Notes under the pieces: generated by a model
Database searches by the model: none
Told to the model about the DNA's origin: nothing
What the model saw: only the letters and a program-made list of their open reading frames with translations
Program-made: the position numbers and the translations under genes
Shown here: piece after piece, positions 1 to 15,656 of the stretch
Position numbering within the stretch: the first letter of the stretch is position 1
Layout: each line of letters begins with the position of its first letter
Assembly (NCBI RefSeq): GCF_009914755.1
Contig: NC_060927.1
Reading direction: 5' to 3' (one strand)
Source of the DNA: the human T2T-CHM13v2.0 reference genome, Homo sapiens
Length of the DNA stretch: 64,000 nucleotides

Positions 1-189
1 CTCTTTACCAACAGGCAGAAAAAGTTCATATCAAATCACCAGAGTACCAAAAAATTATTTTGTAAAGAATTAATACTTGTTTTATTTTGAAAAGCATTAA
101 AATAATCATCACAGGGAAAAAATTAAAACTTTTTCTAGACATATATTTTTTCTTAATATCTGTTTAATCTCTGCTGCATATTTTTAAAT

Positions 190-332
190 GTTATTTTATT
201 ATGGTAAGAAAATGACATGAGATCTACTTTCTTAATTAATGTTTAAGTGTACGATACATTGTCATTTACTTTAGGTACAATGTGGTACACCAGATCTCTA
301 GAGCTTACTCATCTTGCTTAACTGAAACTTTA
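190..332 (-). mobile_element. L1MA-type LINE 3' end fragment
   Basis: Antisense L1MA 3' UTR-like text (gtacaccagatctctagagcttactcatcttgcttaactgaaacttta). Confidence 0.6.
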
Positions 333-869
333 TCGGCATTTATTTTGAAATTCGAGAGAGGGAGGAGAGAGTAGCCTATAGATACTCTGGTCTAAATGTC
401 TTGATCTAAGCCTGAAAAAGTACACAGAGAGGGAGCAAGAATAGAAGCCAGGAGTAGGAGAGAAGGAGAATATTGAGCTACCAGAAGACCAGAGCAGCAG
501 CAGTCAGAAACTCTCTGAGCCTCCATGGTGAGCAGGGAGCAGAGAAAGGGGACTCAGACGCCTGCTTCTGAGACACCTGCCTGAATTCCCGTGGTGCCCC
601 AGAGCTGCTGCTGTGGCTTGGTGGTCTAAGCTTCCCTTACCCCCATGTTGCCTTGCTGCAAACTCCTACTTCCTAAACTTCAGTTTGTCTTTGCTTCTTG
701 AAACCTAAAAAAGCCTAACTAAGGCCTCAATCATACTAGCAAATAAAAGAAATTCATTCAGATATTATTACCAAAGCCAAAGGTCAGGTACTTTAAAGGG
801 AATGGACAGGATATCATGATTTGTGTGGTTCAACTGAGAAGCTTAATCCAACAAGAGCTTCAAGATGGA

Positions 870-1178
870 AGATAGACTTTGCAGAAGAACATGGAGTAAA
901 TTCAGAAGACAGACACGAGGATGAACATATGCAAACCATGTCCTAAGCAGGCAACCTCCGGGGAGTTAGGGATGTACAGCCTGCAGAATAGAAAACTCAT
1001 GAGGCTCATGATAGATGATGTCAAGTGGAAGAAGGGCTGGAATTGTTTCATGTGCCAAAGATAGAAGAATATGGGAGTAAAGGTTTTAGTTCAATGTTAG
1101 GAAAAGCTTTCCAAAAATCTGAACTTCATGAGAAGATGGGGTGAGTTGTTTGTCAATGAAAGTGTTCAAGGAGAAACT
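870..1178 (+). mobile_element. L3/CR1 LINE 3' relic
   Basis: CR1-like motifs: gggatgtacagcctgcagaatagaaaact, ggttttagttcaatgttaggaaaagcttt, gaaagtgttcaaggagaaact. Confidence 0.45.
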
Positions 1179-2706
1179 CAGTTTTTAGACTCTCAATTTA
1201 GGTAAGATTCAATTAGAAATATCGCGTTCATTGTGATAAGAAAAGATAATACAAGGTAAAGAACCCTAAAGTTGAAAATTAAGTGAATGCAGCAACAAGT
1301 CAAATATATTGAACAAACTTGTAGCTAATCTGAGATTGATAAATGGTAATCTTCAGACTGCTGGGGTGAAAATATTCTTGCCTAGAAATTCTGCATTTAT
1401 TGGACTTGGGGATATTGTCATTATTCTTTTATTGCCATCGAGGTGGACAATCACTATCTGTCTTTATTTAGCCTTAACAAATCAAATAAGAGAATGTTTT
1501 ATGCATCAAATTTTTTTTAGTTATCAGTTGATAAAATCAAGGGATAGAATATTAGAAGAAACCCTTGGAAATCTAGGACAATCTGACATGATCGCATGAT
1601 TATTTTTCTCTTCTTCAGGGAACAAATGAAATTTAATAGACTATAACCATTATTCATAAGTTACAAGAATGTCTATGTGCCTTTTTTTTCCAGAAGATAA
1701 ATATATTGAGGGAGGAGAAAATGTAATACCTGCCAAATATCTTTCTCAAAGCTCTTTCTTAGAAGACTCTGCTGACTTCCTCTCTATAGTTCTTCTAGAG
1801 AAGAGAAATAATCTCATCTCCTATTGACCTGAATGAGCTGAGAGGGTTACTATTAATGGATACAATAGACTTGAAACTTCTGCTCTGAAGGGAGATGTAA
1901 AAAATAATCAGCCTACCTCTCTGCAACTACTGTTCCCTGCAGGAACAGCCACTTCATTTCTGCCAAAGATTTGAGGACTACAAGCAAAACCTTTCTACTA
2001 CATCCCATCACTAAGCAAGTTCTGCCACCTTGGGTTGCAAGACTATTCAGATCTTCTTAAAACCTTACTTTTGGCAGAAAGCTGGAAGGAAAGTAGATAA
2101 TATAAGAATATTTCTTAGGATTGTTTTTGATAGTGAAGAAAAGGACAACACAATTTTTGGACTTAGAGTCCTAAAATGTCCATCTCATTGCAAGGAAAAA
2201 ATATCAATAACTTCTAACACTGGTGTCAGGGACATCCCTAATTTTGGAAAAGTCCCATGATACTTTATTTGGTAGGAGACTGGACTAATAATTGCTGTTT
2301 CCTTGCATCTCCAAAGCATCACACATGTGCTTATGCAGCTAACTTTATATATAACAGCTGAAATAATATTTCATGCAAATGTTCTAAGTATAGGAAAGGA
2401 AATGCAATGAGAACAGCTTCAGCATTTCCAAAGGGAAAATTGATCTTTAGCACTTGATGTGCAATCAAACACTGAAATGATTTTTTTCACTTGATAACTT
2501 TCCAGCAGGAATCCTGACATAATGTTTAAGAGCCTCCACTGTTGCTGAATTTTAACCTTCCTTTAAAAATATGAATAGAACTTTGTTTGCTAATTCAAAT
2601 CTGAAAACAATTTGAAAGGTATTTCATTTGTTTATATGCTCTAGAATTTTAAGCATGTTCAAATTAAGTAAATAGGAAAAAAAATGTATCTAGCTTGTTT
2701 GCTTTA

Positions 2707-3051
<345 letters not shown>

Positions 3052-4500
3052 TTAAGGAAAATAATACAAAAAGAAAAACACAGTTTGAAACTAACGTCAC
3101 AGGGAAGAATGATCTTTAATCCTAAATAAGTTCAGTTTTAAAAGGAAAATAATGAAAACACTAGCTTAAAAGCAAAACAAGATTTAAGAGATAGAAATGC
3201 AGTGGGGACTACTCTGCATTAAAAATGACTAGACTATTTCATTTAATGCAAGACAGATGTGATGCTTACGCAAACCATTAGAAGTTGCCTGGAATATATT
3301 CAATTCTAAGAAATGCAATAATACATGCTGTGTGATGCATCATGCAAAACTTCTGAAAATAAAATAGGAGAGACAAAACAAATTTGAGTTTTGAAATAAA
3401 AGAAAAATGAGATGTAACATCTTTGATAGAAGTGCTTTTAATAATGGCACTTTGAAGTCTGTATTGAAAAGAATGTAAGCAAATCCATGTTCTTTTGGAA
3501 TGTGTATGCCCATCTAAGAGATCCTAGCAAGCTCACTGTATCCAATGGCACAGAAAGGGTGTCTGTCCCAAAGCCAGGCTGGAGAGGAACAGTGTTTATG
3601 ACTTCCTATCTTCCAGCCCCATGGAGTTGCCTTGGTGACATTCCTCTCATACTGACCTGCTCTCCCAAAATACAACAAGCCAGATGCCTGTGGGTTTGGG
3701 TGTGTCTAATTGAGCCACACTGAGCACCAAATGACCTGGAAATGTCTAATCCTGCTTTTGTCAGAACAAATTACTGGGTTACTCTCGTGTTCCTCTGCAG
3801 ACTAATTTATGATTCAATACGAAGTCCTGTGCAAAGCTTTGGGCCAAGGCTGCTGCCTACTTCACTCCCTGCATGCAGAGATCTGGACATGCTACTCTGA
3901 TGTGAAGGGCATCCAGTCTGAAATGGTGGGATTAATAAGAGAACCATCAAATGAAACACTGCAAGAGTCCTGCAATGAGGTGTGCATTTTGTGCCTTTTG
4001 TGCCTCAAAAGATTCTTTTCTGGAAAGAGAGCCCTGGTAATTTGCTCTCTACAAATTACCCTCTGCAATATTGCTACTGAGTCCATGTTCCATGCCATGG
4101 TGGTGAGCACTAACCTCACAACTCTAATATTTTTTGTATCAAATTATGTTTATTGCATAAACAATTCACTAGGGTACAGGGCTCACAGAAAGAAACTTGA
4201 AAATCACATTTGAGCTAAAGATATATTGGTGTCTGCTAGAACAGGCTCAGCCCCTCTAAGCTCCCTCTCAACTCACCACTCTACCACGGGGCCCTGAAAG
4301 AGCACAGGATGCTGGTTCTAAGTACTTAGGGAATTTCTCTAGACTGCACTATCAACTGCACTCAAACAGTCTGGAGACTATTGTACTCAACACCCTCCAT
4401 CTGAAGTCCAAAAGGAAAATAATTACCTAGCAATCAGAGGCAACTGACTCCAAATGTGAAAAGTATGGTAGATTTAATTACATCCAATTTAAGGATTTCT

Positions 4501-4808
4501 GGCCAGGCACGGTGGCTCACGCCTTTAATTCTAGCATTTTGGGAGGCTGAGGAGGGTGGATCACTTGAGGCGAGGAGTTCCAGACCACCCTGGCCATCAT
4601 GGTGAAACCCTGTCTCTACTAAAAATACAAAAATTAGCCAGGCATGGTGGCGCACGCCTGTAATCCCAGCTACTCAGAAGGCTGAGGCAGGGGAATGGCT
4701 TGAACTCGGGAGGCGGAGGTTGCAGTTAGCCGAGATTGCACCACTGCACTCCAGCCTGGGAGACAGAGCGAGAAAAAAAAAAAAGAAAGAAAGAAAAAGA
4801 AAAAAAAA
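4501..4808 (+). mobile_element. AluS, full length
   Basis: Dimeric Alu with A/GAAA tail; TSD ttaaggattt on both sides. Confidence 0.97.
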
Positions 4809-5369
4809 TTAAGGATTTATATTTAATAAAGAACACCATGGCAAATTTAATGAATGGAAATGGACTTAGGAAGATATATGCTACATATTAACAAGTGATA
4901 TTAATCTTAGATATTACTTAATATATACAATGAATAAATCAATAAACAAAAAAATGCTCACATTTTAGCATTATGTTTTGTTGTTTTCCTTTTGGACTTC
5001 ACATGGAGAGTGTAGAGTATAATATTCTCCAGATTCAGGCTGTCTGTCATCATTAATCTATGCAAAGCCCTTCTCTTGTTTTATTTCTGTATTTTCCTCA
5101 TCATAACCCACCAACACTCCTACTTCCCATCCGTGGCCCCAAAGGCATTAATTCTAATATAATTAATATATATTTTTATATATTAATATATATTCTTGGA
5201 TTATATATATATGTCCTGAAAAAGATATGTGAAAGTGATTTCAATTTATATAAATAGCATTGAGCTATATATGTCCTTTAGTTTCCTCCCATTTTATTCA
5301 AAACTATATGTAACTATATATCTGTATATATAGATATATATATCTCACTGCATCTACATAGATAAAATA

Positions 5370-6722
5370 TCGTTGCTTCTGACTGCTAGATAGTGTTCCA
5401 TGACTTGCATCCAGCACTTACTACTAAGTACAGCCATATTGCTCTTCAGGATTGTTCCTTTACAGTCCAGGAGTGATGCAAGAGAATTCCTGTTTGCTCA
5501 TAATTGGTATTATCCAACTTTCTAACTTTTCCCAATCTCATTGTTGTAAACTGGTGTCTTGTTATTCCTTTCATTTGCATTTCTCCAATTACTGCTGAAA
5601 TTGGACATCTCTTCACATGTGTGATACCCATTTATATTTCTCCTTCTGTAGATAGCTTATTCATTTCTTGTGACCATTGTCTTTCATTTATTGATTTGTT
5701 CATTGTATGTATTCAGTAATATCTAAGATTAATATCACATGTTAATATATAGTATATATCTTCCGAAGTCCATTTCCATTCTGTTAAATTTACCCAAGGT
5801 GTTCTTTATTAAATAGAAATCCTTAATTTTGATGTAGTTAAATGTACCATAGTTTTCACATTATTTTTGCACTTTTTGCATTATGCTTAAGATAATCTCC
5901 ACTACAACATCCCAAGAAATTTTTATTAGAATTATATTAAATTTCTAGATTAACTCAGGTATAATTTTTATCTTTACAACATTCATCCTGTCATGAATAT
6001 GTTACAGCTCTCCAATTATTCAGGTCTTCTTTTATGTCTTTCATAGGGTTTAAACAATTTTCGTATCATAACAATTTTCCCTATTCTTTGTAGGTTATTC
6101 CTATTTTATAATTCTTATTGTAATTATGAATAATGTCTGTTTTCCTATGGCATTTTCTATTAAATTATTGCTATGGCAGACTTTTCAAAGTTTATTTTAA
6201 CTAGAAAACTTCCAACTCTCTTATTGTATTAAGAGTTTGTTTGTTTATTGTGTTTTCTATGCAGATGATTATTTTATCTGCAAATAATGGCAAGTTTGTT
6301 CCTCCTTTGAATCCTTCTATTTCTCATTTCTATTCCTTGTCTTTCTGCACTAGCCAGGACCTTTAGTTCTTTATAGAACAGTAACCAGTGCTGACATGAC
6401 AAATTCTTGTTTGGTTCCTGATCTAAAGAGAGTGAATTTAGTTTCTCCATCAAATATGATGTTATCTGTAGGGTTTTTGTACATAATATTTATGAAGTTA
6501 AGGGAGTTTCCTTCATGTCTTAGTTTACCGAGAAGTGCTTTTCCTAATTAATAGGTATTAAAATTTGTCAAATTCTATCTATTAATGTGAGTTTCAACAG
6601 TAGATTTTTCTGATTTTAGAAGTTTTTAAAAATTTTTAATTAAAATTTACTCTTAAGTTTTTTCTGATTTTAAGTTTCTGACTGATTTTAAGTCATGTAA
6701 TTTCTGGGACAAATGCTACTAG
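5370..6722 (-). mobile_element. Old L1M (L1ME-like) ORF2/3' region, fragmented; further pieces continue to about 12420
   Basis: The 5446-5631 ORF (KRCPISAVIGEMQMKGITRHQFT) resembles the L1 ORF2 C-terminus; T-rich antisense L1 texture. Confidence 0.7.
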
Positions 6723-6744
6723 ATCATAGTATATATTTACATAT

Positions 6745-7791
6745 ATTTTAATTTTACTTTAAGTTCCAGGATACATGTGCAGAACATGAAGGTTTGTTAC
6801 ATAGGTATACATGTGCCATGGTGGTTTGCTGCTCCTATTTACCCATCCTCTAATTTTCCTTCCCTCGACCCCCACTCCCCACAGGCCTGGGTATGTGTTG
6901 TTCCCCTCCTTGTGTCCATGTGTTCTCATTGTTCAACTCCCACTTATGAGTGAGAACATGTGGTGTTTGATTTTCTGTTCCTGTGTTAGTTTGCTGAGAA
7001 TGATGGTCTCCTGCTTCATCCATGTCCCTGCAAAGGGCATGAACTCATCCTTTTTCATGACTGCATAGTATTCCATTGTGTATATGTGCCACATTTTCTT
7101 TATCCAGTCTATCATTGATAGGCATTTGGATTCGTTCCAGCCCTATTGTAAATAGTTCTGCAATGAACATATGTGTGCTTGTGTCTTTATAGTAGAATGA
7201 TTTATATTCCTTTGGATATATACCCAGTAATGGGACTGCTGGGTCAAATGGAATTTCTGGTTCTACATCCTTGAGGAATCACCGTACTGTCTTCCACAAT
7301 GGTTGAACTAATTTACATTCCCATGAATAGTGTAAAAGTGTTCCTTTTTCTCCACATCCTCTCCAGCATCTATTGTTTCTTGACTTTTTAATAATCACCA
7401 TTCTGATCAGCATAAGATGGTATCTCATTGTGGTTTTGATTTGCATTTCTCTAATGATCAGTGATGTTGAGCTTTTTTTCATATGTTTGTTGGCTGCATA
7501 AATGTCTTCTTTTGAGAAGTGTCTGTTCATATCCTTTGCCCACTTCTTGATGGGGTTGTTTGTTTTTTTCTTGTAAATTTGTTTAAGTTCCTTATAAATT
7601 CTGGATATTAGACTTCTGTCAGATGGGTAGATTGCAAAAATTTTCTCCCATTCTGTAGGTTGCCTGTTCACTCTGATGATAGCTTCTTTTGCTGTGCAGA
7701 AGTTCTTTGGTTTAATTAGATCCCATTTGTCAATGTTAGCTTTTGTTGCAATTGCTCTGGCATTTTCATCATGAAGTATTTGCCCGTGCCT
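6745..7791 (-). mobile_element. L1PA (about L1PA7-10), 5'-truncated
   Basis: ORF2 C-terminal peptides ([14 protein letters not shown]..., [17 protein letters not shown]) plus L1PA 3' UTR; TSD gatcatagtatat (6723) / gatcgtagtatat (7792). Confidence 0.95.
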
Positions 7792-7814
7792 GATCGTAGT
7801 ATATTTCTATAATA

Positions 7815-8698
<884 letters not shown>

Positions 8699-9068
8699 TA
8701 TATTGGTTGGCTCTCATTATCTAATATTTTACGTAAGAATCTTCTCTGTCATAAATAAAATGAACTTAAAATTTTCTTTTGTTGTACTGACTTGGTTTTA
8801 CAAATCAAGGTTATACTAGCCTCAGAAATGACTAGAATTGCTTTTATTCTTTTCTATTTTCCGAAGCAATTTACTTGGATAAAAATTTCTAATTAATAAA
8901 TTAAATAATTTGCTTCCTGAAATTCTATGAGAACCCATCCTCCAAAACCATCTAGATTGAAACTTTTCCTATGAAATTAGGATAATTTCTATTTCAATCT
9001 TTTTCATATTAGTGGCTATTAATCCATTTGGAGTTTCTATTTTTAAATCTGAGATTAATGGTTGCTTA

Positions 9069-9393
<325 letters not shown>

Positions 9394-9980
9394 TTAAAAT
9401 TTCTTTTACTTCTGATCATTTCCCCTTTCACTGAATGTTTTATTTGCATATTCTCTTTTATCTTTGATTAATCTTGTCAAAGATTTGTCTAATATTAATA
9501 ATTATTTTAAAAACCATTTTTTGGAAGTTTTCAATTTGATCTCTATTTTAGTATTTATTATTTATTTTCTTCATTTTTCTTTCTTATTTGTTTTTTTTCT
9601 ATCTTGTAAAATAGAATATTTATTTTCTATTCTATAGATCAAAGCTGTACATTTTCATCTGCATATTGATTTAGTTCTGTCCAATAAATCTTGACCTTTA
9701 CGACCTTCATCTATTTTTAGTTTTCTTTCTGCATAGTTTTGTTTTAAATATTTCTGTCATAGAAACATATTTCTCTAATCTGAGAGTTTCTTTTGACTGG
9801 TGCAGCCTGGTTACATTTATTGTAATTACAACAGAATTTACTTAATCCTATTTTAAGATTTATTTAATCTTATTTTATGTTTTCAATGTATCATATATTT
9901 TTGGAGGTTTTATACTCCATTGCTAATTTTCATTGAATAAATCAATATATTTTTCTGATGGTTTGAAAGTTACACATTGC

Positions 9981-10130
9981 GGGTCAAGCGTGGGGGCTCA
10001 CGCCTGTAATCCCACCACTTTCAGATACTGAGGCAGGTGGATTGCTTGATTGCCCCACTGCACTCCAGCCTGAGTGACAGAGTGAGACTTTGTCTCAAAA
10101 AGAAAAAAAAAAAAGAAAAAGAAAAGAAAA
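9981..10130 (+). mobile_element. Internally deleted Alu (J-like)
   Basis: Alu 5' start joined directly to the Alu 3' end and A tail; perfect flanking direct repeat gaaagttacacatt (9965 and 10131). Confidence 0.88.
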
Positions 10131-10561
10131 GAAAGTTACACATTCTGGAGTTAACAGCTGTACTGGTGTCTCTTTGATTTCATCATTTTCTGACTGTAGT
10201 AGAAGCCAGTTCCTAGCTAACTCAGCTCTGTCATATGGTTCTAGGAAGTTTTTCCTGAAAGTTCAACTTTGAAGCTGTTTCAGCAACCTTCCCAATAACT
10301 GAGCAACCTATAGCCCTTAAAAATCCCTTTTTATTTAAACTAGCTTGAGTGGACTCTGTTATGCAACCAAAGTCTTTACTTGGTCAGAAAGATAGTTTTC
10401 ATCTCAATTCCTTTAATGAATATTCATCCATTTGGGATTTCTGTGTTTAAATACAAGTGATATTTGCTTATAATTTTATTCTTTTAAAATCTCTTCTATT
10501 TATAATTATTCTTTTCATAGTATATTTTGTTTATTTACATGTTCTCTTTTATTTTTGGTAA

Positions 10562-10984
<423 letters not shown>

Positions 10985-11020
10985 TAGTTCTAAATTTGTA
11001 ATGGTTTTTTTTTCCTTATA

Positions 11021-11560
11021 TGTTATTTATCTGCTACCACAACAATCTAAGTAATAAACACACAAAAAATCTCAGTGCCATACAAAAATAAACATTCAGT
11101 TTTGCTCACAAGTCTATGAAGTTAGCTGAGCAGATCTACTGATCTGACCTGGGATGGGTAAGGCACACTCATTCATCTGAGATTAGCTACAGGTCAGCTA
11201 GAAGTCTTCCAATATCTTGACTGCCTCCTTTACATGTTTGGAGCCTACCTGGGACAACTGGGCTGACTCAGCTCTGCCTGACATGATCTATAGTCTTCCA
11301 ATACACTACAGTGGACTTGTTTTTGTGGTGGTAGAGAGGGTGCAGAGGTATTCAGGCCCCCTGAAGCTTTGGCTTAGAACTGGCATACCATCACTTTTTG
11401 CCACATTCTAATGGTCAAAGCAAGTCACAAAGCCAACCCAGATTCAAAGGGTGAGAAAGTAGACCCTACTTCTTGATTAGAGGAACTGCAAAGTCACATT
11501 GCAAAAGCCACAGACACAGAGAGGGGTGGGAAGTCAGGGTTACCCTTACAATCACTCCAT
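11021..11560 (-). mobile_element. MLT1 (MaLR) LTR
   Basis: MLT1 antisense motifs: aatctcagtgcc...aacatt, caaagcaagtcacaaagccaacccagattcaaagggtgagaaagtagacc. Confidence 0.7.
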
Positions 11561-12062
11561 TGTTTCAGTTATCTACTGCTTTGTAACAAAGCACCCCAAA
11601 ATATAGCAGCCTAGGATAAAACCTTATTATTATCTCTTATGATTCTACATTATGGCCAGATTTAGATAAGCAGTTCTCACTTGGGTCTTTAATTCAGTTG
11701 CAGCCAGATGATGGCTGGGGCTGAAGTCATCAGAAGGCTCAATGCAACAGAGCATCCACGACAGTTCCCTTAGCCACATGTCTGGTGGCCTCAGCTGAGA
11801 TGACTGAAATATCTGGGGACTGGCTTCCACGTGGCCTGTCCACGTTGCTAGTTTGGACAGTTTCAGCATAACAGTCTCAGGATATTCAAAATTCTTACAT
11901 GGCTGCTTGTTTTCACCACAGTAAGCATTCCAAGATCCCAGCCCCAAAAGTCACACAGTGTCTCTTCTGCCACACTCTACTGCTTACACAGGGCCAGCAC
12001 TGATTCAATAGAAAAGACTGCATGAAGCTTTGGACACTGGAAGGTATTCGTGGGCATCATAC
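11561..12062 (-). mobile_element. Second MLT1 (H-like) LTR, adjacent to the first
   Basis: Starts tgtttcagttatctactgctttgtaacaaagcaccccaaa; contains gatggctggggctgaagtcatc and gtcacacagtgtctcttctgccacactcta. Confidence 0.7.
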
Positions 12063-13484
12063 ATAGGTATGTGTGTAATATCATGTGTGTGTGATACCAT
12101 CTTCAGCTTAGGTTCTGAATTTGTAGTTAATTTTTATTCTTTCCGATATAAATAAATATATGTGTACATGATGCTGTTTTGTAGACAATATATTTTACTT
12201 ATTTCCTATATCTACTGAAGTATTGAGTTTACTTTCCTTCTTGTCAGACTATGTATTTCTTTAAACAGTTCTCAAAGTGGATGTTTTTGAGGCTTTGCAT
12301 GACTAAGAATATCGTTATTTCTTACTCACATTTAATTTTTTGAAGTTCCCTTTCTTCAATACTTTGCATCCAGTGTTGCTATTGAAACACTTCTCTAAGT
12401 GATTATACTAAGTTTTCCTTATTATATACTTTATCCACTCCCTTCTAATGCACACCCTCAAGTGATGTCACCCCTCAAGGAACCTATATTTCCTGCGCAG
12501 GCTCTCTTCTTTTCCAACAGCTGCCTCAGTGATAACCCAGTTCTTGAAGTGGACAATGGAGAAAGGAGGCAGCATCCAGGCTCCAGCTCAAGGCTGCACC
12601 TGCTTTTATCCACCCCTACTCATGCCCAGACCACAAGCTTCATAGTATCCTGCAGTCTCCAGTTAAGAGCTGGCCCTGCCACTGTCCTCGTCACAGTGGC
12701 TGTGGGAAAGGCAATGTCTCACTCAGGGAAAGATGGGGCACAACAAGAACACCTCCCAGGCTGCTTCCATTCCAAGCTACCTTCAGTATCAACCTCCATC
12801 ATTTACCCTCTCCCCACATCTATCATTTACCTTCTCCCCACAACCATCACCTCCACCTCCTCAGGCTGTTCTCACAATGTCGGTTCTGATATATGACATC
12901 ACTCCTCTTGGCTCCAGGTCATCCTCAGAGCAGAGATCATGTTATTTTGCCATCTGATCAGAAACTACATGTCCCATGACCCAGAGTCTTCAATTCATTT
13001 TAAGATAACACAATATCGTATTAAAATGTAGGGTTGAAATTAGAACATGCCAAACTTAAGAACATATTTGAAATGAGTTTTGTTTTCAGTAAACTCTAAA
13101 AATTTTCATTAGATGTTTTACTTTATATAATTACCTAGTTTTAAAAACTGAAGTAAAATGAATAAAGCAGCATTTGTTATACATGATAATTTTCTAAGAT
13201 TGTTTAATCAATAAAGAATAAAAAAGTACCATTACAAATGTATTGATCTTGGTAAAACAGAAGAACACAAATGTCTTGTTATAAACTGTTGGATGCATTC
13301 CCTTGTTTCCCTTGTTCCAGAACATTTGGCATTCTTTGTCAACTAGTACATAAAAGAATAGAAAAGCAAATGTCTCTCATATTTCCTTTACACTACTATA
13401 TTAATAAATCAGAAAGATAGTCCACTAGAAAGAATAAATGGCTTCAATTATAAGCCATATATAAGTAATGGATCTGGCCATGCA

Positions 13485-14368
13485 TGAGAAAACAGTTTTT
13501 CCTTTTATACTCACGCCATTCTCAATATCTCACTTCTGACACCAGATCTATGGTGTTTTTCCCACTTGATCTATTATCCAACACCAGCTGGGTGTTTAAC
13601 AATTCAATTCCCATTCTGACACTATCTCAAGTTAGTGCAGAACTCACAGGTTAAGGACCTCCCACAAGACTCTACCCCTACTGCAGATGCCAATGATAAG
13701 TAGTAGGTTTCCTGATTACCCACAACTCCTGTACAACTTGGCTACAAACTGGAAGTTCTGAGACCTCCTTGGGCTCGATAGTTTGCTAGAGCAACTCACA
13801 GAACACAGAGAAACACTTGTGTTTCCTGGCTTATTATATAATAATGGATATGATAAAGAATACAGATAAACAGCCAGATGAAGGTTCTTGGGGCAAGGTC
13901 TGCAGGGTCCCAAGCACAGCAGCTTCTATTGCCATGGAGTAGGGGTATGCCACCTTCTGGCATATGGATGTGTTCACCACCCTAAGAATTCCTCAAACCC
14001 TGTCATTTGGGGATTTTGAAGGGGCTTCATCATGTAGACATGATCAATTATTAACTAAATCTTCAACTCCTCTTACCTCTTCAGAGTAGGGGGTTGGGGT
14101 TGAAAGTTCCAGGCTTCTAATTATGGCTTGGTCTTTCTGGTGACTAGTCCCCATGCAGGAGCCCACCAAAAGTGGCTCTCATCACCCTGAAAATTCCAAG
14201 GTATTTAGGAGCTCCGTATCACGAATTGGGTAAAAGGCAAAAAAATGAGAACAAAAGATGCACCTAGCATCCCTATCACTCAGGAAATAACCAATGTTTA
14301 GGAGCTCTGGCCAGGAGCGGAGAACAAGACCAATATACACATATGTCTTATTACATCAAAAAATCACA
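13485..14368 (-). mobile_element. MER21-type LTR
   Basis: MER21 motifs caccagctgggtg...caattcaatt...ttctgacact and tttgctagagcaactcacagaac; TG...CA ends. Confidence 0.8.
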
Positions 14369-14399
14369 GGCTAAAAGCAAAGTTTTCTTGTTTTGTTCA

Positions 14400-14965
14400 A
14401 CCTATGTCAATCTTTGAAGTCACTCACAGTTGAACATTTTAATTTTCTTGTTTCAAGTGCTATCTATAAATTTTATTATTTTCAATATTGAATATTTCTA
14501 TTTGTTAAATTCACTCAAATCACAGCCCTCTTGCTGTTCAGGGTTTTTTTGTTTTGTTATTGTTCTTTCTTTTCATGTAATAAATGATTTGTTAAGGTCA
14601 TCATTTTTGCTTGTGACTTTATTTTGAAACCTTTTTTGCAGTTGAAAGTACATATTTTTGGCTGATATTGAATTGGGAGCACACAAACCAAGCACAACAT
14701 TATGGTCTTTCTCTCCATATTCTTAAATATAAGAATGTATATAAATATTTATATCTTTGTGTTCTAAGAGTTTGGCATGTATAGCAGTACTTTTGCCATC
14801 TGTTTATTTTGGATGTTATTGACATGAATCTACAGTAAAAAATTCACCAATGGAATCTCTTCTATTAGTACATTTTTCAACTGAAATACCATACATATAC
14901 TTGAAGAACATTCTTGAACTGCTACATTTGAAATACTTTCTTTCCACCTTACCTGAACTTTTAGA
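14400..14965 (-). mobile_element. Very old L1 ORF2 endonuclease relic
   Basis: Minus-strand near-open frame ...KDHNVVLGLCAPNSISAKNM...KNDDLNKSF resembles the L1 endonuclease segment TILNIYAPN...GDFNTPL. Confidence 0.4.
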
Positions 14966-14969
14966 AAAA

Positions 14970-14994
14970 TTTCTTTCTTTTTTTCTTTTTCTTT

Positions 14995-15025
<31 letters not shown>

Positions 15026-15275
15026 GAGAGAGAGTCTCATTCTGTCGCCCAGTCTGGAGTGCAGTGGCGTGATCTCAGCTCACTGCAACCTCTGCCTCAG
15101 CCTCCCAAGCAGTTGGGATTACAGGCGCCCGCTACCAAGCCCGGCTAATTTTTTTGTATTTTTAGTAGAGACGGGGTTTCACCATGTGGGCCAGGCTGGC
15201 CTTGAACTCCTGACCTTAGGTAATCCACCCACCTCAGCCTCCCAAGATTACAGGTGTGAGCCACTGTGCCCAGCC
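14970..15275 (-). mobile_element. AluS with small internal deletions
   Basis: T-rich tail followed by antisense Alu body; flanking aatttctt repeat. Confidence 0.96.
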
Positions 15276-15289
15276 TAAGAATTTCTTAA

Positions 15290-15656
<367 letters not shown>

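Noticed and set aside
5150-5345. AT-rich palindromic-looking tract
   Set aside because: Low-complexity (TA)n decay, where self-complementarity is trivial.
12399-12957. 165-aa ORF or processed pseudogene
   Set aside because: No recognisable domain, no ATG at the annotated start, and no poly-A or TSD.
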